From the IMG/VR virus record IMGVR_UViG_3300020478_000010, positions 1 through 55,641 of that record: 55,641 nucleotides of DNA; one strand, written 5' to 3'. The position numbers were made by a program, and so were the translations under genes. This DNA comes from a virus (taxonomy: Duplodnaviria; Caudoviricetes). Position 1 is the stretch's first letter. The number at the start of each line of letters is the position of its first letter. The notes under the pieces were generated by a model. The model was not told the origin of the DNA, made no database searches, and saw only the letters and a program-made list of their open reading frames with translations. Below, piece after piece: positions 8,107 to 17,426 of the stretch.

Positions 8107-9302
8107 TAAAGCTTCTGTTGCAGAAAGATTTTTATCAAGAGAATAAGAATCGTGTAATGCCATCAATGTTCCCTGAGGAACTGTCTGATTTGTATGACAC
8201 TATCGTAACAGGACATAAACAATATGAAAGAGATTTAACCGTATCAGAGGTTCGTGAACTCTTTAAAGTTCACAACCCTACGATTACACGTGCCAAGCAT
8301 CAAGTAATCTCTGATATGCTCACAGACATTCACAACATTCCTGCAATCGGTAAGGACGTTGCCAAAGATGTTTTACAAAAAATATGGCAACAAGAGATTG
8401 GGCGAAATATAGCTGACATGGGTTTAGCTATTATGGAAGGCTCACCGGAAAAGATTGCTGATGTAAAAAGACTTGTAGAAAAATCAGAAGAAGGCTTTGT
8501 GCCTGATGATGATGTAGAGCCTGTAACAACAGATTTAGATACGCTTTTAGAGTTCACAAAGAATGAAGATTGTTGGCATTTTAATATACCAAGTTTAAGT
8601 AAAGTTGTACGTGGTGGCAAAGCAGGTGAATTTATGATTACCTTTGCACGACCTGAAATTGGCAAAACAGCTTTTTATGTTTCACTGGTAGCATCACCAA
8701 ATGGTTTTTGTTGTCAAGGCGCTGATGTTCACATTATTACAAACGAAGAACCTGCAAGACGGACTATGCTTCGTGCAGTATCGGCTTACACAGGATATGA
8801 TGAACATAATATCTTTGTCCACAAAAAACAGGCAAAAGAAAAGTTTGCTGAGATAGCCGCAAATATCACAATGGTTGATAATGTTGATGCTTCAATAGAA
8901 TGGCTAGATAAATATTGTGCAAACAAAAAACCACATATAATAATAGTTGACCAACTAGATAAACTTAACGTCATGGGTTCATTTGCAAGAACAGATGAAA
9001 AGCTACGTGAGATATATACTAAGTTTAGAGAAGTATGTAAACGTAGAGATGTTTTTGGTATAGGTGTTAGTCAAGCTAGTGCTGATGCTGAGGCTAGAAC
9101 TAACGTAACTTATGCTATGATGGAGAATAGTAAAACTGGTAAAGCCGCTGAAGCTGATTTAATTATTGGCATAGGTAAATCAGATGTTACAGATAACAAC
9201 GATAGCCGTCGATATCTCACAATATCTAAAAATAAGTTGACAGGTTTTCATGGTAACATAGTATGCAACCTAAATACTGACTTGAGCAGGTACACGGCAT
9301 GA
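8085..9302 (+). CDS. DnaB-like (SF4) replicative helicase
   Basis: Walker A ARPEIGKT, NEEP, IIVDQLD, GVSQA, KAAEAD, ISKNK; frame open from 8082; ATT start at 8085 proposed (track start is TTG 8118). Confidence 0.9.
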   Translation: MSIEQQLIKLLLQKDFYQENKNRVMPSMFPEELSDLYDTIVTGHKQYERDLTVSEVRELFKVHNPTITRAKHQVISDMLTDIHNIPAIGKDVAKDVLQKIWQQEIGRNIADMGLAIMEGSPEKIADVKRLVEKSEEGFVPDDDVEPVTTDLDTLLEFTKNEDCWHFNIPSLSKVVRGGKAGEFMITFARPEIGKTAFYVSLVASPNGFCCQGADVHIITNEEPARRTMLRAVSAYTGYDEHNIFVHKKQAKEKFAEIAANITMVDNVDASIEWLDKYCANKKPHIIIVDQLDKLNVMGSFARTDEKLREIYTKFREVCKRRDVFGIGVSQASADAEARTNVTYAMMENSKTGKAAEADLIIGIGKSDVTDNNDSRRYLTISKNKLTGFHGNIVCNLNTDLSRYTA

Positions 9303-11401
9303 TTACTGTATTAGATGTAGAAACAACTTTTATTATTAAAGAGAATAGACGTAGTGACCCCTCACCTTTTTGTCCTGATAACAAACTTGTATCTGTTCAA
9401 TATTCACAAGGTTCACAAGACCCACAATTTGTTTGGTTTTATCATACTAGCAAAAAATTTGATGTTCACAAATCTTCACAACAAATTCAAAATATATTGG
9501 ACACAACCACACTTTTAGTTGGGCATAATATAAAATTTGACTTAATGTGGCTATGGGAAACTGGATTTACCTATGACGGAGCAGTATATGACACCATGAT
9601 TGGTGAATATATGTTACTTCGTGGGCAAAAATGGGGCATAAGTTTGGCAGATTGTTGTGAAAGACGTAATATAACCCTAAAAAAGTCACAACTTGTAGAT
9701 GACTTTTTAAAACAAGGCAAAGGGTTTGATGTCATACCTATGGAAATAGTTGAGGAATATGGTCTAGGCGACATAATATCCACAAGAGAATTGTATCATG
9801 AGCAAACTCGCCTGTATAAAAAGGCAGGATATTATGACCTAACTAAGCATTTGAATTTGATGAATAAATTTCTTATTGTGCTTGCTTATGTAGAACAAAA
9901 TGGAATTAAAATAGATTTTCCACAACTTCACAAAGTTAAGGAAGATTATGAAAAAGAGAAAGAAAAGCTAGAGCAGACAATGCGAAATGTGGCTGAAGAA
10001 GTTATGGGCGACACTCCTATAAATTTTGCTTCACCTGAGCAAATGGGACAGCTTATATATTCTCGTAAAGTTAAAGATAAGAAACAATGGGCAAGACATT
10101 TTAACATTGGATTAAATGAAAAAGGCAAGCCTTTATTACGTCCACGTATGTCAACTTCACATTTTGTTGGTTCAGTTAAAATGATGACTAGCCGTATGCA
10201 TAAAACAAAAGCTAGGCAATGTACAAAATGTTTTGGCAAAGGCACTCTTTACAAAATTAAGAAGGATGGGACACGTTGGAAGAATCCCACTAAATGCAAG
10301 TCTTGCAGTGGGAAGGGTTACACACTTATCCCACTACACAAAATTGCCGGACTTCACATGAACCCAAGAGATGTTTCAGATGTATCAGCAAATGGTTTTG
10401 CAACAGATAAGACTACACTAATAAGATTATTGGGTGTAGCTAAACACAATGGTAACGAAAATGCTGTCAAATTTTTGACATCTGCAGTTAGGTTAAATGC
10501 AGTTGACGTCTATCTGTCTAGTTTTGTAGGTGGCATTGAAAGAAATACACGCAGTAATTTATTATTGCATCCTAAGTTTAATCAATGTGTTACAAGAACA
10601 ACTAGGCTATCGTCATCTGACCCAAACTTTCAAAATCAACCTAGAGGCTCAACTTTTCCTGTTCGTTCTGTGGTTGTATCACGATTTGAAAATGGTAAAA
10701 TATTACAAGCTGACTATAGTCAACTAGAGTTTAGAGTAGCCGCACAACTATGTGGTGATGAAAAAATGATTAAAGACATATTGGAAGGGCAAGATGTTCA
10801 CAAATACACAGCATCAATTATATTTGACAAGGCTGAAGCTGACGTTACTAAAGAAGAGCGAACTGCAGCGAAGGCACATACTTTTAAGCCCTTGTATGGG
10901 GGGTTTTCGGGTACGCCACGTGAGATGGCATACTACAAGGCTTTTGTGGAAAAGTATCCTAAACTTGGAGCATGGCATGCAGATTTACAAACTGAAGCTA
11001 TTTCACATGGTATTGTTAGGTTATATACTGGTCAACAGTTTGCTTTTCCTGATACTAAAAGGCTTTCTAGTGGTGCAGCAACAAACGCACCATCTATTAA
11101 AAATTACCCTGTACAAGGAGTTGCAGGGGGTTGCATTGTTCCACTTGCACTGGTGGATTTATATAATAAGCTTAAGAATAGCAAGAGCAAATCTCTTATC
11201 ATTAATACAGTCCATGATTCGGTTGTCGTCGACATATATCCCGGAGAGGAATTACAAGTGGCGAACATGATGTATAATTCAATGACTAAAGTTTCACAAA
11301 AATTTGAAGAGTTATATAATGTAAAATGGTCCGTGCCATTAGAGGTTGATTTAGAGATTGGAAATAATTGGTTAAATATGAAGAATTATAGCTTGACATA
11401 A
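9299..11401 (+). CDS. polA: DNA polymerase family A with 3'-5' exonuclease and DnaJ-type zinc-finger insert
   Basis: Exo motifs DVET, GHNIKFD, YGLGD; pol motifs RLSSSDPNFQN, DYSQLEFR, KAHTFKPLYG, VHDS; insert CTKCFGKG...CKSCSGKG. Confidence 0.95.
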   Translation: MITVLDVETTFIIKENRRSDPSPFCPDNKLVSVQYSQGSQDPQFVWFYHTSKKFDVHKSSQQIQNILDTTTLLVGHNIKFDLMWLWETGFTYDGAVYDTMIGEYMLLRGQKWGISLADCCERRNITLKKSQLVDDFLKQGKGFDVIPMEIVEEYGLGDIISTRELYHEQTRLYKKAGYYDLTKHLNLMNKFLIVLAYVEQNGIKIDFPQLHKVKEDYEKEKEKLEQTMRNVAEEVMGDTPINFASPEQMGQLIYSRKVKDKKQWARHFNIGLNEKGKPLLRPRMSTSHFVGSVKMMTSRMHKTKARQCTKCFGKGTLYKIKKDGTRWKNPTKCKSCSGKGYTLIPLHKIAGLHMNPRDVSDVSANGFATDKTTLIRLLGVAKHNGNENAVKFLTSAVRLNAVDVYLSSFVGGIERNTRSNLLLHPKFNQCVTRTTRLSSSDPNFQNQPRGSTFPVRSVVVSRFENGKILQADYSQLEFRVAAQLCGDEKMIKDILEGQDVHKYTASIIFDKAEADVTKEERTAAKAHTFKPLYGGFSGTPREMAYYKAFVEKYPKLGAWHADLQTEAISHGIVRLYTGQQFAFPDTKRLSSGAATNAPSIKNYPVQGVAGGCIVPLALVDLYNKLKNSKSKSLIINTVHDSVVVDIYPGEELQVANMMYNSMTKVSQKFEELYNVKWSVPLEVDLEIGNNWLNMKNYSLT

Positions 11402-11421
11402 GGTTCAAGATATAGTAAAAA
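11393..11421 (+). promoter_or_regulatory. Sigma70-type promoter
   Basis: TTGACA-N17-TAAAAA, same architecture as at 7273 and 55144. Confidence 0.55.
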
Positions 11422-11447
11422 GTGTGTTCTAGAAGAAGGAGTCAAAA

Positions 11448-12320
11448 ATGACAACACAAACATTACCTACGATAAATACAGACGTAAACTTTGAACAAAT
11501 AGCATCTATTATAGGACAAGATGAGCCTAAAGCATCAAATGAGGGCGATAGCTTAGCTTTCCTACGTATTAATTATAATACAGAAGATGATAATGAAAAA
11601 CAGTTGCCTGTTGGTTACTGGACTATCGCTACACCTGAACATGGTGCTATATTTTCTAAAGAAATAGAATTTCAAGTATTTCTACAGCGATACCAATATA
11701 CACATTGGGATGAAGAAGCTGAGGAAATGGCTAATAAATCTATTTTTGCACAAAATTTGTATCCACAAACGGAAGTTCCTGACATGTTAGGCACAATGCG
11801 TTGTGGTTCTGTTCCTTACTCACAACGAGAAGGATTGAATGCTGAACAAGCACTCAAACAAAAAAGTATTCGGTGTTTTAGAATGTTATTCGGTAGGGTA
11901 ACACTCAAGGATGCCGTGAACGTAGACGGGGAGAAAGTTGAAGCTTCTAACCTTCCTTGTCTATGGAGAGCTAGAGGAAGTAATTTTATGACCATCTCTG
12001 ATGCCATGGATTCACTTTCTGCTCAGAAGAAACCTTTTATCTTTTACAAGTTAAAAAGTGGTCTTGAAAAAAGAAAAAATGGTGGAGTAATTTATTATGT
12101 TAGCAACTTTGAAGTTAGCGAAGGTCCGCTTTCTTTTGGTGAAGAAGATAATAACTTATTGAAGCTATTTTGCGAGTACGTTGATAACGAAAATAAGGAT
12201 ATTATGAAGGCGTATGATAAAGCGTTGATGAAAAAAGCTGGTTCAACCCCTAACGGACAAGGTGAAGTCATTGACATAGATGATGCGTTAAATGATGATT
12301 TACCTGATTTTAGTAAATGA
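11448..12320 (+). CDS. Probable ssDNA-binding / recombination protein
   Basis: Position between polymerase and exonuclease; acidic tail ending DDDLPDFSK. Confidence 0.55.
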   Translation: MTTQTLPTINTDVNFEQIASIIGQDEPKASNEGDSLAFLRINYNTEDDNEKQLPVGYWTIATPEHGAIFSKEIEFQVFLQRYQYTHWDEEAEEMANKSIFAQNLYPQTEVPDMLGTMRCGSVPYSQREGLNAEQALKQKSIRCFRMLFGRVTLKDAVNVDGEKVEASNLPCLWRARGSNFMTISDAMDSLSAQKKPFIFYKLKSGLEKRKNGGVIYYVSNFEVSEGPLSFGEEDNNLLKLFCEYVDNENKDIMKAYDKALMKKAGSTPNGQGEVIDIDDALNDDLPDFSK

Positions 12321-13198
12321 ACGTAAAAGAAGCTTCATTAATCTCCTACTTGGTTAATGTGTTAGATGGGAAGGCAGAAATGCCTTCCTATTTATTTGAC
12401 GAGTTTGCAGATTTATCTAGAAAAGCTTTAGAAAAACATTTTACAAGAAAAAAAGAAGACTTTAGGCTTCGCATGAGTAATGTGGGCAAACCCTTGTGTC
12501 AGCTACAAATGCAGGCAAAAGGTGTTGAGCCGGAAAAACCATCTCATGATTTTATTGTAAGAATGATTATAGGAGATATGCTTGAGGCTCTTGTAATTGT
12601 TTTACTTAAAGCTGCTAAAATAAAAGTTAAGTCACAACATCAGAAAGTATCTTTGGGTGTTGGTGATAGACAAATTGAAGGCGAATATGATATCGAACTT
12701 GATGACGGTATTTACGATATAAAGAGTGTATCGCCTTTTTCATTCACAACTAAATTTAATGCCGATAACGGCTATGATAAAATAAAACAATCAGATTCTT
12801 TTGGCTATATTTCACAAGGACATGGTTATGGTATGGCGGTTAACAAACCATTTAAAGGTTGGATTGCCATAAATAAAACAACTGGTGAAATAGTTTTTAC
12901 TGATGCAAAACATACTGATAAAGAAAAGAAAGAAGTCTATTCAAAGATATATAATACTAGTGTAGCTTTGTTAGATGAAAAACCTTTTGAAAGATGTTTT
13001 ACAGATATTGAAGAAGTATATTATTCTAAACCAACAGGCAATCGTACATTAGGTATTGAATGCAGTTATTGTCCATATAAACATAATTGTTGGGAAAATC
13101 TTGAGTTTAGAAGACAGTTGCCAAGCAAAGGTAAAAATCCTAAATGGATGTGGTATACTAAAATTGACCCTAAATGGATGGAAGAGAATGTACAATGA
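12317..13198 (+). CDS. PD-(D/E)XK exonuclease (RecB/Cas4-like)
   Basis: LRMSNVGKPLCQ, GEYD...YDIKS, CSYCPYKHNCW. Confidence 0.85.
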   Translation: MNVKEASLISYLVNVLDGKAEMPSYLFDEFADLSRKALEKHFTRKKEDFRLRMSNVGKPLCQLQMQAKGVEPEKPSHDFIVRMIIGDMLEALVIVLLKAAKIKVKSQHQKVSLGVGDRQIEGEYDIELDDGIYDIKSVSPFSFTTKFNADNGYDKIKQSDSFGYISQGHGYGMAVNKPFKGWIAINKTTGEIVFTDAKHTDKEKKEVYSKIYNTSVALLDEKPFERCFTDIEEVYYSKPTGNRTLGIECSYCPYKHNCWENLEFRRQLPSKGKNPKWMWYTKIDPKWMEENVQ

Positions 13199-13620
13199 CA
13201 CGAGTACAAAAGTTTGTAAATCTGCAACGTAGAAAAAATTTAAACTACACACCTAAAAAGAAACCTATGTCACCAAGGTCAGCAAAAGCAAAAGGCAGAA
13301 AATTACAAACATGGGTTGTAGATAAAATATTAGCTTTGTTTCCTTCATTATCTTCTTTGGATGTTAGGTCAACACCTATGGGGGTAAATGGGGTTGATGT
13401 TCAATTATCTAGTTTAGCACAAAAGTTTTTTCCTTATGATATTGAATGTAAAAATACTGAAAGAACAAAAACAATTTATAATTACTATGAGCAAGCTATA
13501 GACCATACAAATGGGGGCGAGCCACTTGTTATTATAAAAATGAATAGACAAAAGCCTTTGGCTATTGTAGATGCAGAACACTTTATGGAGATGACATTAT
13601 GTCAGAAAAAGAAACTATAG
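13195..13620 (+). CDS. Holliday junction resolvase-like endonuclease
   Basis: SAKAKGRKLQ...GVDV...IECKN...PLVIIK; start uncertain (13174, 13195 or 13267). Confidence 0.75.
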   Translation: MTRVQKFVNLQRRKNLNYTPKKKPMSPRSAKAKGRKLQTWVVDKILALFPSLSSLDVRSTPMGVNGVDVQLSSLAQKFFPYDIECKNTERTKTIYNYYEQAIDHTNGGEPLVIIKMNRQKPLAIVDAEHFMEMTLCQKKKL

Positions 13621-13856
13621 ATTTAAAATCAGGTGACTCTGCTGTTGTTATACGTCATGATAAAAACCTTGAAGGCGGATTTATAGTAGAAGTTTACCAT
13701 AACATGGATAGGAAAAAACTAACCGTATCAGATATTGCATTTTACGCTTTACTTACACGAGGAATGGCTTATCATGTAACAACAGACTTGCCTTCCGTAC
13801 TTGATTATGGAAGACAGAGTTTTGAAGAATCAGAATCAACATTAACAATTCATTAG
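13599..13856 (+). CDS. Hypothetical protein
   Basis: 85-aa ORF with GGAG SD, in operon. Confidence 0.65.
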   Translation: MSEKETIDLKSGDSAVVIRHDKNLEGGFIVEVYHNMDRKKLTVSDIAFYALLTRGMAYHVTTDLPSVLDYGRQSFEESESTLTIH

Positions 13857-13865
13857 AGAGAAACT

Positions 13866-14126
13866 ATGGCAGAACAATTAGAATTGTACAGCAATGGTAA
13901 AGATGCTGTAAACAGTCCTTCTCATTATACCGTATCTAAATTAGAATGCATAGATGCTATCAAAGAAGCTACAGGAGAAGGTTACGAGTATTATTTACAA
14001 GGTGTAATTATGAAATACTTGTGGCGATACCGCTATAAAGGCACACCTGTAGAGGATTTACAGAAAGCCGAATGGTATCTAAAGAGGCTTATAGAAGTAA
14101 CTCAACATGCAAAAGAACACAGATAA
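13866..14126 (+). CDS. DUF3310 / T7 gp1.7-like nucleotide kinase family protein
   Basis: VNSPSHY...ECIDAI...KYLWRYRYKG...EDLQKAEWYL. Confidence 0.85.
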   Translation: MAEQLELYSNGKDAVNSPSHYTVSKLECIDAIKEATGEGYEYYLQGVIMKYLWRYRYKGTPVEDLQKAEWYLKRLIEVTQHAKEHR

Positions 14127-14280
14127 AGTTGTTATTAAGATTATAGCAGATGTAGAAACAAAAGAATTTGTTCTTGACAAAGAAGAATTGCCTTATATTT
14201 TAGAAGATATATTAATAGATTTATTACATGAAATATCAGGCGTAAAAACAAAAGATATAACAGTAAAGGTAGTAAAATGA
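14107..14280 (+). CDS. Small hypothetical protein (57 aa, below track cutoff)
   Basis: MQKNTDKVVIKIIADVETKEF...; fills the gap; stop overlaps the RNR start (ATGA). Confidence 0.6.
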   Translation: MQKNTDKVVIKIIADVETKEFVLDKEELPYILEDILIDLLHEISGVKTKDITVKVVK

Positions 14281-16202
14281 ACGTAACAAATCTCCCGACA
14301 TATTATCAACAATTTATTCATAAATCTCGCTATGCTCGTTGGGTAGAAAGTGAAAACAGGCGTGAAGAATGGGATGAAACTATTAGTCGTTATATGGCAT
14401 TTATGAGTGCCCATCTTATGGAAAAGCATGACTATAAAATAGATAACAAATTATATCATCAGTTGTATGAAGCTATCGTAAAACAGGATATTATGCCATC
14501 TATGCGTTGTGTTATGACAGCAGGTAAAGCTTTAGAAAGAGACAATACTGCAGGATATAACTGTTCATACCTGCCTGTAGATGACCCTAAGTCATTTGAT
14601 GAGGCTATGTACATACTAATGTGTGGCACAGGCGTTGGTTTTTCTGTTGAAAGAAATTATGTTAACAAGTTGCCCGAAGTGCCGGAACAACTATTTAGAG
14701 CAGAAGAAATTATCATAGTAAACGACAGTAAAGAAGGCTGGGCAAAAGCATTACGCAAGTTATTAGCTTTACTATGGTCTGGTGAAATACCAAACTGGGA
14801 TTTAAGCCGTGTACGTCCTGCAGGTTCTATACTTAAAACATTTGGTGGTCGTGCATCAGGTCCTGCACCTTTAGAAAGCTTGTTTAATTTTATTGTATTG
14901 ACATTTAAAAATGCAAGTGGCAGAAAATTATCTAGTTTAGAATGTCATGATATTATGTGCAAGGTTGGCGAAGTAGTTGTATCAGGGGGTGTAAGACGGT
15001 CTGCTATGATTAGTTTATCTAATTTATCTGATGACAGAATGCGTCATGCAAAAACTGGCGAGTTTTATAAATTACAACCACAACGACAAATGGCTAATAA
15101 TTCTGTAGCTTACACAGAAAAACCTGACATGAAGACATTTTTACGTGAATGGTTGTCCTTGATTGAGTCTGGTACTGGTGAACGTGGTATGTTTTATAGA
15201 GGTGCTGCAAAAAGTAAAGCAGAAGAAAATGGCAGAAGAAATAGCGATTGGGATTTTGGAACTAATCCATGTTCAGAAATAATACTGCGTCCTTACCAAT
15301 TCTGTAATTTATCCGAAGTTATTGTAAGAGGCGACGACACTATAGACGATATATCAAAGAAAGTAGAACTGGCTACTATACTTGGTACTTTCCAATCAAC
15401 ACTTACAAACTTTCCGTATTTAAGAAAGATATGGCAAAAGAACACAGAAGAGGAAAGACTTCTTGGTGTATCATTAACTGGTATCATGGATAATAGTATA
15501 ATGAATGGTCGTGAAGCAGATAATTTGAGCAAAATACTGCAAGAGTTGCGTGAAGTTGCTATTGACACAAACAAAGAGTTTGCTGAAGTGTTAAACATAA
15601 ATCAATCTACTGCTATAACTTGTGTTAAACCAAGTGGCACAGTTTCACAACTCACAGATGCTGCATCAGGTATACATGCACGGCATAGCCAATATTATAT
15701 TAGAACTGTTCGTGGTGATAAAAAAGACCCAATCACACAATTTATGATGGAAAATAATATACCTTGGGAAACAGATTTGTGGAATAGTAACAACGCTGTA
15801 TTTAGCTTTGCTATTAAATCACCTGAAGGTTGTATAACAAGTAGTGATATGACTGCTCTTGAACAACTAGAGTTTTGGAAAGTGTACGCTGATAATTGGT
15901 GTGAACACAAACCATCTATTACAGTATCAGTTGGTGCAGAAGAATGGTTAGAAGTAGGAGACTGGATATACAAAAACTTTAATATTGCATCAGGTCTTTC
16001 TTTTCTACCAAGAAGTGAGCATGTATATCAACAAGCACCATATCAAGAATGTTCTAAAGAACAATACAATAGTTTAGTTAAAACTATGCCAACAGAAATA
16101 GAGTGGACAGAATTGACAAAGTATGAAAAAGATGATAACACAGTTGGGTCGCAGACACTTGCGTGTTCAGGTGATAGCTGTGAAGTAGTGGATATTACGT
16201 AA
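14277..16202 (+). CDS. nrdJ: Class II (adenosylcobalamin-dependent) ribonucleotide reductase
   Basis: YNCSY, GGVRRSA, GTNPCSEI, FCNLSE, VKPSGTVSQL, C-terminal CSGDSC; no beta subunit gene present. Confidence 0.92.
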   Translation: MNVTNLPTYYQQFIHKSRYARWVESENRREEWDETISRYMAFMSAHLMEKHDYKIDNKLYHQLYEAIVKQDIMPSMRCVMTAGKALERDNTAGYNCSYLPVDDPKSFDEAMYILMCGTGVGFSVERNYVNKLPEVPEQLFRAEEIIIVNDSKEGWAKALRKLLALLWSGEIPNWDLSRVRPAGSILKTFGGRASGPAPLESLFNFIVLTFKNASGRKLSSLECHDIMCKVGEVVVSGGVRRSAMISLSNLSDDRMRHAKTGEFYKLQPQRQMANNSVAYTEKPDMKTFLREWLSLIESGTGERGMFYRGAAKSKAEENGRRNSDWDFGTNPCSEIILRPYQFCNLSEVIVRGDDTIDDISKKVELATILGTFQSTLTNFPYLRKIWQKNTEEERLLGVSLTGIMDNSIMNGREADNLSKILQELREVAIDTNKEFAEVLNINQSTAITCVKPSGTVSQLTDAASGIHARHSQYYIRTVRGDKKDPITQFMMENNIPWETDLWNSNNAVFSFAIKSPEGCITSSDMTALEQLEFWKVYADNWCEHKPSITVSVGAEEWLEVGDWIYKNFNIASGLSFLPRSEHVYQQAPYQECSKEQYNSLVKTMPTEIEWTELTKYEKDDNTVGSQTLACSGDSCEVVDIT

Positions 16203-16423
16203 TGGCAACAGTAGATAGATTTTTTAAAGAAGGTCAGTCTGCTTTTTATAAACCTAAAAAGTACGGAAGGTTTATGCACCATGCCTGTAATCCGTACACA
16301 AGTACCTCGTTTCGTGGTAAAGAGTGGCAAAGAGGTTTTAATAACAGTTATGGCAAAAAATTAAAAAAACGCCATAAATTTCCGGGTACAAAGACACACG
16401 GGCATGTCGTTTCACCCCTCTGA
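16202..16423 (+). CDS. Small protein with RMF-like motif
   Basis: FKEGQSAF...CNPY...KEWQRGF resembles ribosome modulation factor (RGYQAG...CPY...WLGGW). Confidence 0.45.
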   Translation: MATVDRFFKEGQSAFYKPKKYGRFMHHACNPYTSTSFRGKEWQRGFNNSYGKKLKKRHKFPGTKTHGHVVSPL

Positions 16424-16475
16424 CGGGCTTTAAAACGAGACGTTTTTTGAACAATATAGTCGAAAAGGAGCAAAT

Positions 16476-16730
16476 ATGCGAGAAATACTAATTGGAGCCG
16501 CAAGAGCCTATTATATGGGTTTAATCAATAAACACATAGCAAATGTGGAAATATTATTGACTAATCCTGTTGGAATAGGAGAAGATGCTCACCAAGATAT
16601 ACAAGCTGCTATTGAATTAGAACTCGGTAAGATAGCTGATTATCATGATAAGCTAGAGATGCTACAAAAGTTTTTTGTAAGGTCTCAAAATAAAGAAGAA
16701 AAACCTGCTGAAGAAAAATCTAAAAAGTGA
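16476..16730 (+). CDS. Conserved phage hypothetical protein (NPVGIGE motif)
   Basis: AAGGAG SD; helical hairpin with NPVGIGEDAH. Confidence 0.7.
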   Translation: MREILIGAARAYYMGLINKHIANVEILLTNPVGIGEDAHQDIQAAIELELGKIADYHDKLEMLQKFFVRSQNKEEKPAEEKSKK

Positions 16731-17149
16731 AACCTTCAGTAAAAGACAGAAAGAAGTTTGACCTCGATTTACAGTACGGACAGGTTCGTGAGGACATGGT
16801 AGCAGAAATGTTACAAGGCTGTAAAATCGAGGTTAAGTCTGAAAGAGATTTGTGGCAGAAAACAGGAAACATTGCTATAGAGTATGAATCATATGGCAAA
16901 CCTTCTGGCATAATGGCAACGGAATCTGAATACTGGTTTCACAATCTTTGCATGGGCGACACTACATATGTTACCCTTGTATTTAAAACACAAGTATTAA
17001 AAGATTTAATAGAGTCTTTAGATTATATTAAAACGGTACGTGGTGGAGATAACATGGCATCTAAAATGTACCTAATTAGTTTGCAAAAACTCTTTTCGGG
17101 TGATGCAATAAAGACATTTGGAAATAAGAATGACAAACAAAAGACTTGA
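16727..17149 (+). CDS. PD-(D/E)XK-like nuclease-fold protein
   Basis: IEVKSER...TGNIAIEY...PSGI motif. Confidence 0.6.
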   Translation: MKPSVKDRKKFDLDLQYGQVREDMVAEMLQGCKIEVKSERDLWQKTGNIAIEYESYGKPSGIMATESEYWFHNLCMGDTTYVTLVFKTQVLKDLIESLDYIKTVRGGDNMASKMYLISLQKLFSGDAIKTFGNKNDKQKT

Positions 17150-17426
17150 ATTAGTAAATGAATTTAGTGTGCATGTATCCCCTACTGTAAAAGGTGTTGG
17201 TATAACTATAATGGGTCAAGAAACTGACCCTTCTTTTCATGAGTTTGCGTGGCACAATCTTATAGAGGATTTAATAGAAGAACATACTGTTACAGTATTA
17301 AAAACAAGTGATGTTCGTGTTACTAAAGATAGCAAAGAAGCTTTGTTACGGATAGCTGCTGCTTTACGTTTATGTTCTTATACATTACATAAAAAGGTTC
17401 TACAACTTAACGTGGTTGATGTCTAA
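17130..17426 (+). CDS. Hypothetical protein
   Basis: Last + strand gene; converges with the - arm at 17423-17426. Confidence 0.6.
   Translation: MTNKRLELVNEFSVHVSPTVKGVGITIMGQETDPSFHEFAWHNLIEDLIEEHTVTVLKTSDVRVTKDSKEALLRIAAALRLCSYTLHKKVLQLNVVDV

Noticed and set aside
10220-10318. Polymerase insert as an intein or intron
   Set aside because: No intein splice motifs (N-terminal C/S, C-terminal HN) or homing endonuclease; it is a CxxCxGxG zinc finger
4699-11270. Alternate-frame + strand ORFs nested in early and replication genes (e.g. 4699..5058, 6684..7013, 10794..11270)
   Set aside because: Off-frame by-products; main frames are intact, so no frameshifted pseudogene is needed
12317-13198. 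Cas4-like nuclease suggesting a CRISPR system
   Set aside because: No repeat-spacer array or other cas genes seen; this is the usual phage replication-module exonuclease
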